Of a stretch of 64,000 nt of DNA, positions 1-14,998 are shown in pieces (within the stretch, counting starts at the first letter, position 1; every line of letters starts with the position of its first letter). A program made the translations under genes and the position numbers. Under the pieces are notes generated by a model, which was not told the origin of the DNA, did no database searches, and was given only the letters and a program-made list of their open reading frames with translations. Source of the stretch: Podarcis gaigeae (taxonomy: Eukaryota). The stretch is taken from NCBI GenBank assembly GCA_964106915.2, contig OZ066916.1; one strand, given 5' to 3'.

Positions 1-759
1 CAGTTTAAGTGTGGGAGTTTGGTTTCTACGTGGTTCTTCATTGTGAGTGGAGGAATCGGTGGCTCAGCTTTTGGTCACACACGGTTCTGGGTGGGAACGA
101 TAGAAGCCTGGGGAATGCTGAATTGTGGGTGGGCGGGTGCCTCTGAATCCTGGGGGTTGCTTTGCAGTCCAAGCTATCTCTGTACCCTCATTGAATGCGT
201 TTCCATCTCTCCACCCTTGTTGCATGCCGCTGCATTGCCCCCTCACCTCTGGGTGTGAGGGGATGGCAGTGGCTTAGGTGGAAAGCAGCTGAGGTGTCAA
301 GAAGGGAGAGGAGAGTTGTGGCAGGAATCCTAGTGCTGCTCCAGAAAGAGTCAGATTGAGTCCTTCCTGACCAACACCTCCTGTTGTGGTTTTGTTTTCA
401 TTTGTGGGGAGGGGGTCCTGCTCTGTCATCATTCCCCCATTCTCTTGCTCTCATAGGTTTGGTGTAGGGAAGTAATAAGTGCCCCCCACTCCTTTCCCAC
501 ATGTACATTCTGTCAGATGTTGCCCTTGGATCCTCTACCTCTAGCCTGCATGGGGGAATGTTTTCTGCCTCCCTTCCCCTCCCCTCAACATGCTCCAACC
601 TGACTTAATAACAACAGCGCAATGCAGAGTGTTTAAGTTCTTGTTACATTGGGGGGTGGAGAGGCTCTGTCTTTCCTCATCCCTTCAGGTTGTGACTAAG
701 CAAAATCATAAATAATGAGCACCCCAATTTTAATTGGCAACATGTTGGAGGGTATGGAG

Positions 760-990
760 CATGGGTAGGCAAACTAAGGTCTGGGGGACGGATCTGGCCC
801 AATCGCCTTCTAAATCTGGCATGTTTTTACATTAGTAGAATGTGTCCTTTTATTTAAAATGCATCTCTGGGTTATTTGTGGGGCATAGGAATTCATTCAT
901 TCCCCCCCCCCAAAAAAAATATAGTCTGGCCCCCACAAGGTCTGAGGGACAATGGACTGGCCCCCTGCTGAAAAAGTTTGCTGGCCCCTG
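760..990. mobile_element. Non-autonomous hAT (Charlie-like) MITE
   Basis: Termini catgggtaggcaaact / agtttgctggcccctg; perfect 8-bp TSD gtatggag (752-759 / 991-998). Confidence 0.9.
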
Positions 991-1875
991 GTATGGAGTC
1001 TTAGAATGCTAACTATGGCTTAGCAGTTTGTGTGTACCAGGCCAAGGGCACGTCTAAGGCTGTCTATTCAAATCTCACTGCACTGAGATTTGAACTGGGA
1101 GGACATTTTGGCTATCATTTCACACTCACAGGGTGGGATTGAACTAATGAGTAGAAATCCTGAATAATGACCACCACCACCACCCCAGTTCTCCCCTGCA
1201 TATACACTCTTGCAGCCAAAATTGACAATTGCGGAGAACTCCAGGTATAGCACACAGGGGGAAGATAGGGGTTTCGTTCCATCTGGTAAGCTGAAATGTT
1301 TGCCTGAGGGACCCCTTTGCTTTAGTGCAACATTGATTCCACCCACAGAAAATATAACCACCACCACCCGCCTCTCTGTAGCATTATTCCTGGCCATTGG
1401 GATAACCCAACAGATACTCTTCAACAGCTGTTGAAGGGTGGTTGGAATATGTTTTCCTCTTTTTTTAGTATTTTGCTATCATACTGAGGAATTCCCCAGG
1501 GAGAATTACATGTGGGAATACATAACCTGAGAGTTCCTTTTTAATTGGAATGTATTCAGAAGCAGGAGTGAACAGTGACCTGCTTGGACATGTTTATCCT
1601 TTCAGTTCAGTTAGTTTAGCAAAGCCCAGGGTGAATCAAAGCGACTATCAGAATTGCCCTGTTTTCTTCATCCTTCATATTACTAATTTGGGTTTTGGGG
1701 GTTATCACTCAAGCTGTACTCAGGAGAATATCCTACTGATTTTTATTATTATTTATTTATTTGCTGGAGCAGAATATGGAAGGAGGAAAAACAGAAAGAA
1801 AAAGCAGATTCTCATTTTTACTGCAGCGATCTGCAGCTTAAAATTAAGGCCCATCCTGCCATCTAGTGATGAAAA

Positions 1876-1879
<4 letters not shown>

Positions 1880-1911
<32 letters not shown>
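1880..1911. repeat. (CA)n microsatellite
   Basis: Seen directly; other simple repeats at 9199-9222 (GT), 34901-34930 (CA), 45260-45287 (GGGA) and 52557-52592 (TAGT). Confidence 0.95.
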
Positions 1912-1912
<1 letters not shown>

Positions 1913-3063
1913 AGCCAGTTGTGGGTGTGACTAAAACACCTATTGAGAGGAAATTTAGAAAAACAACGTGAAGTAACAGCAAATGATGCTGAACGCTCTG
2001 TGCTGTTTCACTTGGTGTGACAGAACTGTGCTAGGAAATATGGAAAAAAGGAATAATGCATTAAAAAGTGTCAAGCTTCCTGGGTCTTAAAATGAAGCTT
2101 ATCTATAGAAGCAAAGCACCTTTTCTGGTTTCAGCATTAATCGTCTAATACAGCTCTTCATACTGATTATTTGCAGATCTCTCCAGACAGGCAATTTTGC
2201 ATTTTGGCTTGGGAAATTTTCATATGTGCTGGTATGGGCACCCATATCAAGGAGGCAGCAATAATTTTTATACAGGTTTTTATCTCCCCACCCCTGGCAA
2301 TCACACCAATTAGGTGTATCACAGCACAGCAATGTTTTGGCTGAAACCAGGAGTGACGCAGAGCCCTGAAACTTATCCACAATCCAGAGAAGTACATAGA
2401 TACATCCATGGGGAATCCCCATTCTTCTTTGTCCCTCAACCCTTGTGCCATTTTCAATGTGCTTTTGGGAAAATTTGATATATTTTGTATACGGCACCTC
2501 AGTGCTAAACCTGTTGGCCATGATCCAGCTCCAGTTATATGTAACTAGTAGTACATAATGTCAAGTAGCTCTGGAAGGGTACACCATAGAGCACATTAAT
2601 GGGCCAGCCCATTTAGTTTCATCGTGATGTTGTACCAATAGGGGAACCTTTGTACTTTTATCTTCAGCACTACAGCATAGCGCTACAAAGCTGTGTTCCT
2701 TAAGCAGTTTTCATCAACCTAGTGCCCTACAGATGTTTTCAGCTGCATTTTCAATCAGCCCCAAACAGCCCAGTGAATCCTTACCTACAGACTGGAGATT
2801 CAGCAACCTGGCATTCACTGTTACTGTTTACATTATTTTTTTTAATGGTGCATTAAAGTCCAGGAGGAGCGCTATGGTTGCATGCCTTCTCTCCAACACA
2901 CGCATATTACAATGTAGGCATTACAACTCAATGCATCTTTAGACTGTGATTGTATGCCCACTGCCTTACCTATAAAGTCACTGGAGATCAAATATGGATT
3001 AAGTCATTGTGTTTGGTCTATTATGAAGTTCTGTAAGCACAGGGCATTTCTTCTTGCTATATA

Positions 3064-3592
3064 CCGTATTTTTCGCCCCATAAGGCGCACCGGCCCATAG
3101 GACGCACCTAGTTTTTTTTTTGGGGGGGGAAATAAAGGGGAAAATTTTATTCCCTCCCCCAGGCACAGGGCTGGAGTGGGAAACTGTCCCCCGAGCTTGT
3201 GGGGCTGGTGGCGGGGAGAAGCAGGCTTCTCCCGCTGCCAGCCTTCAAACCAAGTCGGGGAACAGCGGGAAAGGCGTGCTGCGCCTCTCCCGCTATCCCC
3301 CGAGTTTGTGGGGCTGGCGATGGGGAGGAGCAGGCTTCTCCCACTGCCAGCCTTCTAACCAAGTCAGGGGACAGCAGGAAAGGCGCGCCGTGCCTCTCCC
3401 GCTGTCCCCCGAGCTTGTGGGGCTGGCGGTGGGGCTCTCCTGAAGCCTGCAGAGCGAGAGGAGTCGGTGCGCACCGACCCCTCTTGCTCTCCAGGCTTCA
3501 GCGATAGCCTGCATTCGCCCCATAGGACGCACACACATTTCCCCTTCATTTTTGGAGGAGAAAAAGTGCGTCCTATAGGGCGAAAAATACGG
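3064..3592. mobile_element. Tc1/mariner-superfamily (Tc2-like) MITE with internal 109-bp GC-rich tandem repeat
   Basis: TA|ccgtatttttcgcccc ... gggcgaaaaatacgg|TA; repeat units at 3184, 3293 and 3402. Confidence 0.88.
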
Positions 3593-5338
3593 TATATTGT
3601 TTGGGTAAATCATCTCCCCTCAGGTGTGTACACATTTTTCCATATCATTGGTAGCACTACATTGCTGGGTACCAAACTGTAATCCTACTCAGCTGCTATC
3701 CCATGACATGAAGACATTTGTCACCATTTAGAAGCCATATTGGGTTGAGTTCTGCCTTGCTCTCTGGCCCCTGTGTGACAAAGTCCTCAGAGGTGGTTTT
3801 TGGGCAACACAACCAATTTCCATGCACAGAGCACAGAGCTGAGGGGGCATCTTTCTGCCTCCTTCCAAAAGCCTAGTAAACTCTTGTAAGGTGTAAGGTC
3901 TCTGATGGGGTCCGTGAGTCCTCCTCTCTCCTTTCCAAAGTCTTATTAGTGCTTACCCAGCTTTGGGAAGGAGATGGGAGGGCTCTAGGACCCTGCCAGA
4001 GTTCTCGCACCTCCTCCCCCAAGCCTAGAGCCTCACTTACCCTGATTTGGGAAGGCAGTATGAGGGCTGGGTAGGGGCATCAAATTTTGGCCTTGCACAG
4101 GGTGCCACATTGCCAATGTCCACCCCTGAAGATCTGAACCTCCTATTAGTTCTATTATTCATACTGTCCAGTGCAATCAAGCTAGATAATCACCTAATAT
4201 CTTGAATTTGCAATCCTATGAACACATATGAGATAGTAAGTTCCATTTAACTCAGTAGGACCTGTATGGACTGTGATGTTAGAAGATCTACTATCTTTGG
4301 GGTTTGTTCAGCATATCTAAACAAGAACTTTAAAAGGTGAGGAAAATGAGGAGAAATAACCTTGTCTTCCATCCAAAGTGAAGGGGATCAGGCACAGAGG
4401 GATAGGCAAGAAAGGAAGCAGTGACAACAGGGGTGGTGATAAGGAGAAAGATGGATGCCACCCACAGAGCAAGGAACCACTGAGACCATAATTCTCAGGG
4501 GCCTCTCAGTAGCCTGGATCCTGCACAAGCTGATGGGCCTCAAATGGGTAGAAGTGTCACATTTTTTTATTAATTGGAACGTATATATATATTTAACCCC
4601 GTAGTTACAGTATCTGTTTAATTCCAACTTTTAACTGTAACTCCCAGTGAACTTTCTAATAATTGTAGTAATGCTAGTACTAGTAGTAATGATCATAATT
4701 TTAAAAAATATTGTTTCTACACCAGGAAATGCAAACCATCGAGTAAAATTAAGATTAGATTTAGCACTGGGGGGGAGGAATGGGTTGAATATTAAACAAT
4801 GAATTCCGTAGGCATTTTTAGAATTCATGTAAAATGTATCAGAAAATTTATTTTATTAATAAGGTTTTAAAAATATTCACTGTAAGATGCAAAATGTGCA
4901 GCTATTCTTAGCGTGGATAATTATTACTATTTAAATAAAAAATAAAATTAAACCATGAATATTTAGAGACTTGTACCATTTTGGAAAAATGAAAACCTTT
5001 CCAGTATTAAGAGAGAGAACTCAAAATTTCTTAGGAGTGTGGGACCTGTCACTGGGTTTATAGCAAGCCCCCCGCTCACAGAAGGGTGTCATTTGTGAGC
5101 ACTGGCACAGCAAGGTGTGAGTTATACGCACAACCACCACAATTTGACCACTGCAGCCTTTATTCAAACTATCTTTGCCTTGCATATAACTTTCAGATTG
5201 AGACTCCAGATTTCATCCATCAATACACAGGCAAATGGAACCTGACTGTGAGCCCAATAGTGACCACTGAGCTCTCACTCTCTTCCGATGCATTTGCATG
5301 GAGGCTGTCATATATACAAAATGGCTCATAGAAAGGAG

Positions 5339-5459
5339 TAGGGCTTTCTTTCAGCCGGAACTTGCCGGAACTCAGTTCTGGCATATCTCAGGTGGGCCTC
5401 ATTGCTGTTCCATGACAACAGTGAATTCTGGCACCTCCTTTTCTAGAAAAATAGCACTG
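5339..5459. mobile_element. Short hAT-like MITE
   Basis: agggctttctttcag ... ctagaaaaatagcactg; 8-bp flanks gaaaggag/ggaaggag; second copy at 51942-52058. Confidence 0.75.
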
Positions 5460-6551
5460 GGAAGGAGCTTGGAAAAGGGGCTGTTGCAATGTGGGATTTC
5501 ACATTATTAAGGACTAATGATGTCTGCTACAGTGATCTCAACCAACACAGTGGCCCTGCTCACTCCTGAGGCACTTCCCACCATGAGTGTGATTGAGGCC
5601 TACTTGTGTGTGCTGTAGGGAACTCATCTGTACATCTTGAATTTGGCGCCCTGGTGCTTATTGTGATGGCTTACCTGCCTCTGTTACTGATATAAACACA
5701 CTGTGATGATGCAGGGCTGTAGGTGTCCAGGCACCCAGTCATAAGCATTTATGTACAGGCATAGCAAATCTTAGGCTCAAGCTGTTAGAGGTTAAGTGAT
5801 TTGCCAAAGGCAGTGAAGAAAATTATCAGCAGAGCTGGGTTTTATTTCAAGCAGCATCTCACGATTCCCACATGGGAGTTTTTAACATAGATTTTCCCCT
5901 ATTAAAATCAAAGAGAGTTCTGTTTTAGAATCAACAGCAGGGGGGGAAAGCCTTGGGCCTTCCACACGCTTTGTTAATAACTATGAGAGTTTTCTGAAGC
6001 AATGAAAGTAACAGACACAGCTGCCATTGCATCCAGCTTATCACTGAGCATTTTATGGGCCACTTCATTATGTGACGTTGTCTCTGTTCTCATGAAGATA
6101 TGCTTACCAGTCCATCAGGCTGAATAATGAGCAGGGAAGGTATTGATCTCCACAGGAAACACTAGCTTCTGTCATAGAACAACAACACTTAACTCAGAGG
6201 TGGTAGTTCTCTGGTGTGGTTTGCACTGATTTAAAATATTCTGAGTAAAATGTCTCCAGTCTAAATAACTGATTTTTGTCCTGCAACTGATTTTTAGTAT
6301 GTGTCAAAATACTGATATGTGTCTATTTCCTATTTAAACAAGCCTCTGGTTTAAAACTCTCTCCAGACACAGAATTAAGCCTAATTATAATTTTTTATCT
6401 AGCCTAGCAAACTAAGTTGATGTTAATTGCCATGGTCTGAAGTTTTACCAGTGCCCTCTCCAGGTGGTTTTTTTTATTATTTTTGTTATTTTTTGACAAA
6501 CATATTGCATGAGATAGTATGTAAATTTTTGAGAAATGTCTGCACACAAGC

Positions 6552-6707
6552 NNNNNNNNNNNNNNNNNNNNNNNNNNNNNNNNNNNNNNNNNNNNNNNNN
6601 NNNNNNNNNNNNNNNNNNNNNNNNNNNNNNNNNNNNNNNNNNNNNNNNNNNNNNNNNNNNNNNNNNNNNNNNNNNNNNNNNNNNNNNNNNNNNNNNNNNN
6701 NNNNNNN
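6552..6707. other. 156-nt N-run; possibly hides the short ADGRB3 exon preceding TSR1
   Basis: The run of N is seen directly. The expected upstream exon (DHTIK...KFMAQT-like) was not found in 1-15 kb, but it could also lie outside the window. Confidence 0.4.
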
Positions 6708-7643
6708 TTTTTCTACTTACTGTGTTTAATTTTAGAAAAGCCACTGCATGTCTCCATAATCTTTTGCTGCATATTTGTCAGTTTTCTAAGCTGATACTTT
6801 TTTTAAGCCATTTCTTCTTATTTTTATTTTTGCCACCAGTTAAAGTCCATAAATAAAGTAGCCGAAAATTAGACAGATTGTTTATAAACAAACAGTGTCA
6901 AATGTGAATACTGTTAAATTTGTCCTCCTCTAAATATAAAGCAATATCTTTTTAATATAATAATGATGTTGAATGTAAACATTTAAGGAAAAGCACACAA
7001 AACAACAACACAGCTTCTTAGAAGGAAATTAAGTGTAGCCCCTATTAAGGACACATATGCCTGTTTCATAAATAAGATGCCTAGATACTCACAGAGTAGT
7101 CTCGGGGCCATATCTGTGCCCCTGGGAGTGCCTTTCCTCTCCCCACACAAGGTGCCAATTAGCATGCACAATAATAATAAAGAGGTACTGATATATGGAG
7201 CCATGAGACTTGTTTGCACTTCTGGGTGGGAGCAGAGTTGGCCCATTCCCTTGATTCCTCCTCAAAGTGACTGGATAGTTACTCAATGGGAAATCAGAAA
7301 ACCAGAAGTAATATACTAAAGGAAAATAAAAGAACCTCAGTGTTCAACTTATAAGATGTTCTTTGTAATGGTCCTTTAACAAGGCCCTGATTATCCAATT
7401 CTGTTGACTTGAAAATAAAAACCTGCACTTACCGTACAAACCTGTATATGCTTACTCCGAAGTAAATATGAATGGGTGGAACAAAAAGTTCCACTACCTT
7501 ATTCCCAGATGAGTGAGTGTTAGGCATTGAGTGCAGCTCTCATTGGTACTTCAAAGTGTACTAGTGCATTGCATCTCAGAAGGGGATCCCAGTCATTGTC
7601 TTAGGCTGTGCATACATATTTGCACATGGCTATATCTGGATCA

Positions 7644-8007
7644 GGGACGCAGGTGGCGCTGTGGGTTAAAGCCTCAGCGCCTAGGACTTGCCGATCGAAA
7701 GGTCGGCGGTTCGAATCCCTGCGGCGGGGTGCGCTCCCGCTGCTCGGTCCCAGCGCCTGCCAACCTAGCAGTTCAAAAGCACCCCCGGGTGCAAGTAGAT
7801 AAATAGGGACCGCTTACCAGCGGGAAGGTAAACGGCGTTTCCGTGTGCGGCTCTGGCTCGCCAGAGCAGCGATGTCACGCTGGCCACGTGACCCGGAAGT
7901 GTCTCCGGACAACGCTGGCCCCTGGCCTCTTGAGTGAGATGGGCGCACAACCCCAGAGTCTGTCAAGACTGGCCCGTACGGGCAGGGATACCTTTACCTT
8001 TACCTTT
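7644..8007 (+). mobile_element. Sauria SINE, full length (subtype A)
   Basis: tRNA-like head gggacgcaggtggcgctgtgggttaaa, B-box ggttcgaatcc, (accttt)n tail; TSD tatatctggatca/tatatctagatca. Confidence 0.93.
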
Positions 8008-11000
8008 ATATCTAGATCAGATGCCAGAAAGTTTGCTAAACCAGTTAAAGCACTTGAAAACTAGCAAATGAACCTGGCCAAATACATCAATGCAAATAAA
8101 AAGTTATGCACATTAGTCGCTAAATGAAATTATTTACTCATAGAAGCTACACTGAAAAAGAAAAGACCAGTGTTGTTTCAGCAAGCTCGGTGCCATTAAA
8201 CCACTTTAATCAGTTTAATCAGTAGTGGGATTATTCAGGGGTAAATTACAGCTATTAGTACACATGCTTCTTTATCATTAGGCCACAAACGCCCAACCAC
8301 TTATTCCATGTAATTCCATGAAATAAGTGTATGTGTGGTGGAGTAAATTGTATTCAGAATGCAATCAAGGAATAGATTGTACCTGTTACAACAGTGTTTT
8401 GTAAGATTTAGCAAAATCTAACATCTTAATATGGAGGCCTTCATTGTATCTAAGGAGTAGGTGACGCCTTATAAGCTTCTAAGCTCTAGCTATTGTGTGG
8501 TAGGTCATATGATAATCATATCTCCTCCCACCCTTGATATCCATTGCTGGGTAATTGATGTAATCAGTGGTCCCTTGTGGGGTGACTGATTATAGAAGTT
8601 GCACAAGTTCAAGTTATCAAGTGATACCTTATAGTTATCACCCAAATAGCACAGTTTCTGAACTTACCATCCATTGATTGTGCTAAATGGCACACTGTGT
8701 TTCCTGAAATGTCTTGTTCTGTACAAGATATTAAGCATGAACCCCCCAAATCCCTCACCTACATTTCCCCCCAACCATAGTGCTTATAGACCCACATTAG
8801 TAAATTAGCTATGATTCCATTATGGTGCATCCTGATTTTTCAAATATAGGTATAGCACACCACTATACTTCTAGAGTAGGAACACTCAAAACACTCTAGC
8901 AAAATTAAGCAAAAGACTCTTATCATGAACATCACTATCTGGAAAACTTCACCTTTAAGGGGAGCTGCTTCAATATGGTAGAATGCTACACTGCGGGGGC
9001 ATGACTGTGAATAATGTGGCCACATGGGATGGGCTGACCATTTGCATATTTCCCCATGGAATTGACATGCTCTCTCACAGTGTACTGATTCCATGGGAAA
9101 GACCCATGTGATCAGCCCCACATAAGTGGTTTTGTACTATTCACACGTGCCCATGCAATGAGGTATCATATCACCTTGAAACAGCTCCCATGTTTTACGT
9201 GTGTGTGTGTGTGTGTGTGTGTAAGGATGTTAACTGAACATGGAAACAAGAGGCTGTGACCTGATACAGCACCACAAACATCTGATATAAATCACTCTCA
9301 AAAGAGGCATACATAAGGGGGCTCTCTGGATCATACCTTGAAACCCAGTTATAATGCCTAGAAAATATAAGTATGATTCCGTCAAAGTTAAGCTCTGTTA
9401 AGTCCCACTGGTTTTAAGCTAAGGGTGTGCTTTAAAATCTTCAGAGGAAATCAAGGGGCATAAGAGGATTTAACTTTGGTTTAATCAGTGGCCCATGTAC
9501 AGCTGTAAATTATACATAGAATTCCAAAAGATATTTAGTCACATATCTCTTCCAGCAGCACTGGACTTTATTGACAATTCCAGCAGGTTTATTATATCAG
9601 CTTCTTCTGACCCATGCGCTTTTAGTCTGCTTCTTAGTCCCAAAGAATTACCATAGAACTGTGCCATAGTCTGCTGTAGCTCCTCTTATATATATAGATA
9701 TATATGCAGTTTTGCTTTAGCATATACTTCAGTGCACTTACTTTGGTCCTTAGAAAACAGTACCCTCTATCCATTGTAAAAATATGAAGAGGTGATGATT
9801 ATGAGGCAAATCCTCGCTTGAAAACGCTTGCATAATACCGAGGAAACAGTGGTCCAGTTTGCATGCCATGCTAAGCCAAACTATGGCTTGCTGAGAACAA
9901 ACAAGTGTGTGAATATCCAGAGCAAAAATCACAGGCACTTCACATCTTCCTTGATCCTCATATTGCAGTGCTACCTGGCACTAAACTATGTTTTGGATCA
10001 GTGCTGCATATAACTCCAAACTAATGGTTTGTGTAGCTCCTCTCCCAAACAATGAGATGTAACCAAGGTTTCCTCTTGGTTTACCACTTTTGATGTCTTG
10101 GGGAAGACAACCCATGAGGCTTCATGTAATGCTAAGCCAAACCATGGCTTACCTATTGGTAGTGCAGCAGCAACAGGACCAGGGGAGGAGTGAAGTGGCC
10201 ACAATTTTTGCTCTGGGTACTCACAATTTTGCTTGTTCTTACCAAGCCATAGTTTGGTTAAGTGTTATATGTAAACTGGGCCATTCTGTAGCTTGCATAC
10301 TGCAGAATAATTTATTTTACAAAATACTGTGCGCTTTTTTCAACATAGTTACTAATATCCATCTCTTACTTTTTTTTTCATCCTGGTTTTCTTTTCCTTT
10401 TCCTTTTTGGTACTGATCATTGCGTATGTGGTTCACTGTGCGGCTTTTCTTTTCTCTTGGTTAAATTAATGTTGTATCTCCTTCAGTAGAATCATTAGGA
10501 TCTTCTAACATGCATCATAGATTTACCTGTACGCATTCAGAAATTAATAAGCCTGATAAAAAATGACTTTTGGATGTGGAATTCATTTGTTTCTGTGACT
10601 CAAGATTATTCCTGGTTTATTTTCTTTTTATGTAAAGACAAATTAATAAAAAAAGAGTCTAGAAATAAAATCCTGGTTGCGTGGCATGCCATACAATTAT
10701 TTCTGCAAAATGGTGGAAATTGTTCAGAATAATGGATTTGTTCTCTCCTTGAACTCGTCCTTGCCCCCTGCAAAAAAAATAAACAAATAAATTACTAAAA
10801 ATTGGGGGGGGGGGTTGGAATGTGTGTGTGCTAGGGAGTGGCAGATTGTGTGTGTCTGATAGCAGGCAATACAACATGTCCAAACATTTCGGGGTGAAAT
10901 TATGCTGCATTCATGTGCTCATTTATCACTCTGATGCTCACACAGAACTTTTGCCCTTGCAGACTGTCCCCTTCACTTCACTAGAACACGGAGAGCTAGT

Positions 11001-13739
11001 TTTGTACATGCATCATTTGCCCCCTTCCATTGAAAGGCGCAGGGAAACCTTTGTAGGATGAGGAGATCTGTATATAAGCAGTGAAACAAATCTGTATAAG
11101 CATATCTAAAGACAAGATGACATGATCTCTGCTCCTGCAGAGATGTGGATTAATTTTGGCTTATTGTAAAACTGTCATCGTCTTGCATCTCCATGCATCT
11201 TATTTCTCTTTCAAAGTATGATCAGCAGGATGGAGGTGGGTGGGAAATACGTTGCCGAATCATGACTAAACTAGGCAGCTGAGTGCATGGTGAAGGAAGG
11301 AGACGGTGATCATATATCACAGCAAGCACACAGCTTATTGCAAGCAGGGCATCGTGGTCATTGGTCCTAACAGCACAAGACTGCAGCATGACTGTCTGTT
11401 CCTTTCCAACCACAAGTTGTGCATTCCTCCAGATTGTCCTCTCTTTAGGCATAATGGATTGCAGAATTATAATGCAGGTAAGTGTTAAATGGATTCATGA
11501 GCTGCTCCAGTCAATAACTCATGCTTTTGCAACCCCTTTAAAATTAATTTTTAATATTTATTTATGGCCTAAATCACCCTTAGTGCTTTGAGGGAAAGTA
11601 ACAATGCTTTAAGGACCGAGCCCATGAGAAAGTAAAACCATACTGCTACATAAAACATCCCTTGTATCCTAATTTAGTTCAAGGCATAAATTGTCAATTC
11701 AGAGGTCTCTGGCCCACACCTACATGCCTGCAAGCAGATTTTCCCATCCTCTTTCAAAGGAAGCAAAGATAATTTAAAATCCTTGTTCGTGTTGGAGTTT
11801 CATTTGCATGTTGTTCCCAGAATCTCAAGGAACCATTGTAGCAAGACGAGGCACTTGTCTGGCAAGATTGTGTAGAGTTGAGGGAATGGAGCAAAGCAAG
11901 GAAAAGGTATTTAAAACAACATCATCTCCCATTCATTTCAGTTGACATGAAGCATAGGCAGTGGTTCAGTCTATAGAAAAAATTGAACCCCATGCACATC
12001 GGTGGAGCGTGCATATGCCCACCCCATTCTGCCCCCATTTTCAGGCCACTTCCAGGTCAGCAGTGACGAGTGTGTGTTTGATCGGATATCAGTCAGAGAC
12101 ACGTAAAATGGTCACTGCCTGTGTTGGAATTAGTTACATAAATATTCACTTGTTTGCAGCTTAAATGTGCATATAGAAATTTGAGATAAATTACTACATT
12201 TAGATTTGTCCGTAGGGTAATCAGATGCAAAGGAGGTCAAAGGTCCAAGGCATTTGATACTTGTGATAGGGAAAGAGAAAGAGATTTGATTCAGTTTGCA
12301 TTTATAGGCGCACTTCACAATTTCCAAAACAATGAGCAACCAAAATGCAGCCATTCTTCAAAATTCACACTTCTCTGAATTTTGCAATGCAGTTCTCCAG
12401 CGAACTAATGCGTATGTATATCATATACCAAAACTGTGCATAAAAATAGTGAAAATAACATAAAGGCACATTATATTGGTGTAAAATGCTTTGCAAAAAC
12501 ATGTATGTTAGGCAAAATTCCATACATATGTGTTCATTAGGAGAGGGTTGCTGATGAATTTTCATTATGCTTTTTTAAACTGATGCAGAAGCTGAACTTC
12601 AATGTAGAACTGGGAGAATCCAAAATTGACAGGTTCTCCCATCCCTACTTATGAGGAAGAAATTGAGGTTAGGTGAAGCTTTCCTTGAACATTTGTCCTC
12701 CTGTGCATTTCAGACAACCTGCTCAGCAGTGCTTGTCACTGCCTATAATCAAAAAATGCAATACCCAGTCATAATACCTGTGTTCTGTCTTTTGATTATC
12801 AAATCACAGAGACCCACACAACACTGAAAATGAAAATTTCTTACTTACTTACTTCGCCAAACCGTTATTAGGCATTACAAATATAGGCCATCATAAAACA
12901 TCCATATATAATTTTGAAAAAATATATACAAAAACAACCATGTAAAATATATCATAATGAGGATTTTCATTGGAATTTATTCCCACTAAATAGTGCCATT
13001 CACCACTCTAAAAGATACTATTGTCAATTTCAATAATAATGAAAATTTCAATAATAAGGAAGTACTATTAAGAATAAGAAAACACTATTATTACTGAATA
13101 TTTAGATTTTAACGCTAGTACACTGTCAGTAGGTCATTGTGGGATAAATGATCATTTGCATTCAATGTATAGATTTAATTTACATAATGAGGAACAAATC
13201 GAGCACGGCTTTGACTATGGGTTCCATTTTGGCCTTTCCTTTAAGCAACCTTGACAAAAGCAAAAGCGAATGTCAGGCATGTAGGAAATTAAATAACATT
13301 TAAAAGCCTTACTTAGGAGTGTACAAGACTGTTACTGCAGCAAGATCTTTACCATGTTTTAAACAGGTCCCAGAGTATTGAATCCAGAGGAAGTTGGCCA
13401 TGCTTTAATCCCATTGAAATAAATGGGAGAAGTCTGTAATGGATAATTTGTCATGACCTATTCTAATTATTATTTTTTAAGTGCTCCATTGATTTCAATT
13501 GATGTCTTAAATAAAATCTTAATGCTTTAAACTTGATTGTAAGTCACCTACAGAATGTTTTGTGTTAGGCAACTAGCTAACTAAACATGACTGATTTCCT
13601 CTGGATCCAAACTTTAGTCAGTATTATTAGGGCTGCAAGACAAATATCACTTTCATATACTTTATGTATATAGGGTGGGTTAAGTAAATGCGCTCAAGGC
13701 CTTCCATTTCACAGAGGAAGTGAGAATATTATTGTTGTT

Positions 13740-14285
13740 ATTACTATTATTATTATTTGCTTATTTATTTATTTATCCCCTATCTTTTTCCCTGACAGGA
13801 CTCAAGGCGGCTTACATATAAAAATGAGAACTACTAAATACATAGGAAAAACCCAGCAACCATTTTAAAAAAAACACCAAAGGAAAACTATATACATACA
13901 TAAAATCTATTAAAGCAAATGTGTCTTATGTTCCCTGTAACCAAATGGTCAGAAATCTGGCTGCAGCTCTTTGAGTCATTTTAAGTTTCGGAGCACATTT
14001 CAAAAGCAGCACCATGTAGAGTGTGTTACAGTAATACAAATGGGATGCAACTATGATGTGTGCCGTTGCAGCCAAATCAGACATCTCAAGGACTAGGTGC
14101 AGCTGATGCACTAGCTTCAACTGTACAAATGCAGAAACCTGAGGATCCATGCTCAGGGTTGAGTCCAGGAGCACACCTAAACTGTCAGCCTGTATCTGTG
14201 TTAGCCCACCCAGCACAGCCTGAATCCCTATTCCCTGTGCTGCCTTCCAACTGACCAAGAGCACCTCTGTTTTGTCCAGATTAAG
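13740..14285 (-). mobile_element. Decayed L2-clade LINE 3' fragment(s)
   Basis: Minus-strand SLGVLLDSTLSM...QLKLVHQL...LYYCNTLY...QRAAARFLT resembles the L2 ORF2 C-terminus; (att)n-rich tail at 13740-13775. Confidence 0.7.
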
Positions 14286-14998
14286 TTTTAATTTGTTCCC
14301 CCTTAATTAACTTGGAATGTGGGAAATCAGTATTTTTGTAACAGAGGCAATAAGAAAAATCGAACTTGTTCTTCCCAGTGTTTATCTAGTGCTTTGTGTA
14401 ACTGTAAGAAGAAGAAGCCATTCTTTATTTAGAAAGCACAAACTAGGGTGAAGAAGTTTCATACTTTAAACTTTTGGAGCTTTTTCCAGTAGAAAAAGAA
14501 ATGATAGATTAAAAAAGAAAAGCACGTTACAACCTTCAAGTTTTTTTATTTAAAAAATGGAGGCTGGTTGGTTTTTTTTTGCTGTCATCCCTCCACTTTC
14601 ATTTTGATGTGATAATTATAATTCATGTGCATTCATTTGTTCTTCTGTCATCTAAAATAGATTTCTCTGTTGGTGTAGGGTCCAGAGAGCAGTGCAATTT
14701 CTAGAACAATGAAAGGCAGCGGACTAAAATGGTGAATGCCAGTAAAACCAGATCCCAGTTTCTTTGTTTTTAATGCCACATATTACATGACTCTTTTCTT
14801 TTTCAAGTGTTTATTTTCGACTCTGCTGCATATTTTTCCATAGGTACTTTATTTTAGTGAATCTTTCATTTTAAATATAAAGTATCATTCTTATTATTTT
14901 CTAAATGATGCTTGCATGCCATTATTATTATTATTTTACTACAAATCTATATTAATACTCATTGCTGTATTCATGTTTGTTTATTGTCTTGGATACAG

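Noticed and set aside
7644-7720. tRNA-like A/B boxes (ggttcgaatcc) at SINE heads
   Set aside because: They are tRNA-derived SINE heads followed by SINE body, tail and TSD, not tRNA genes.
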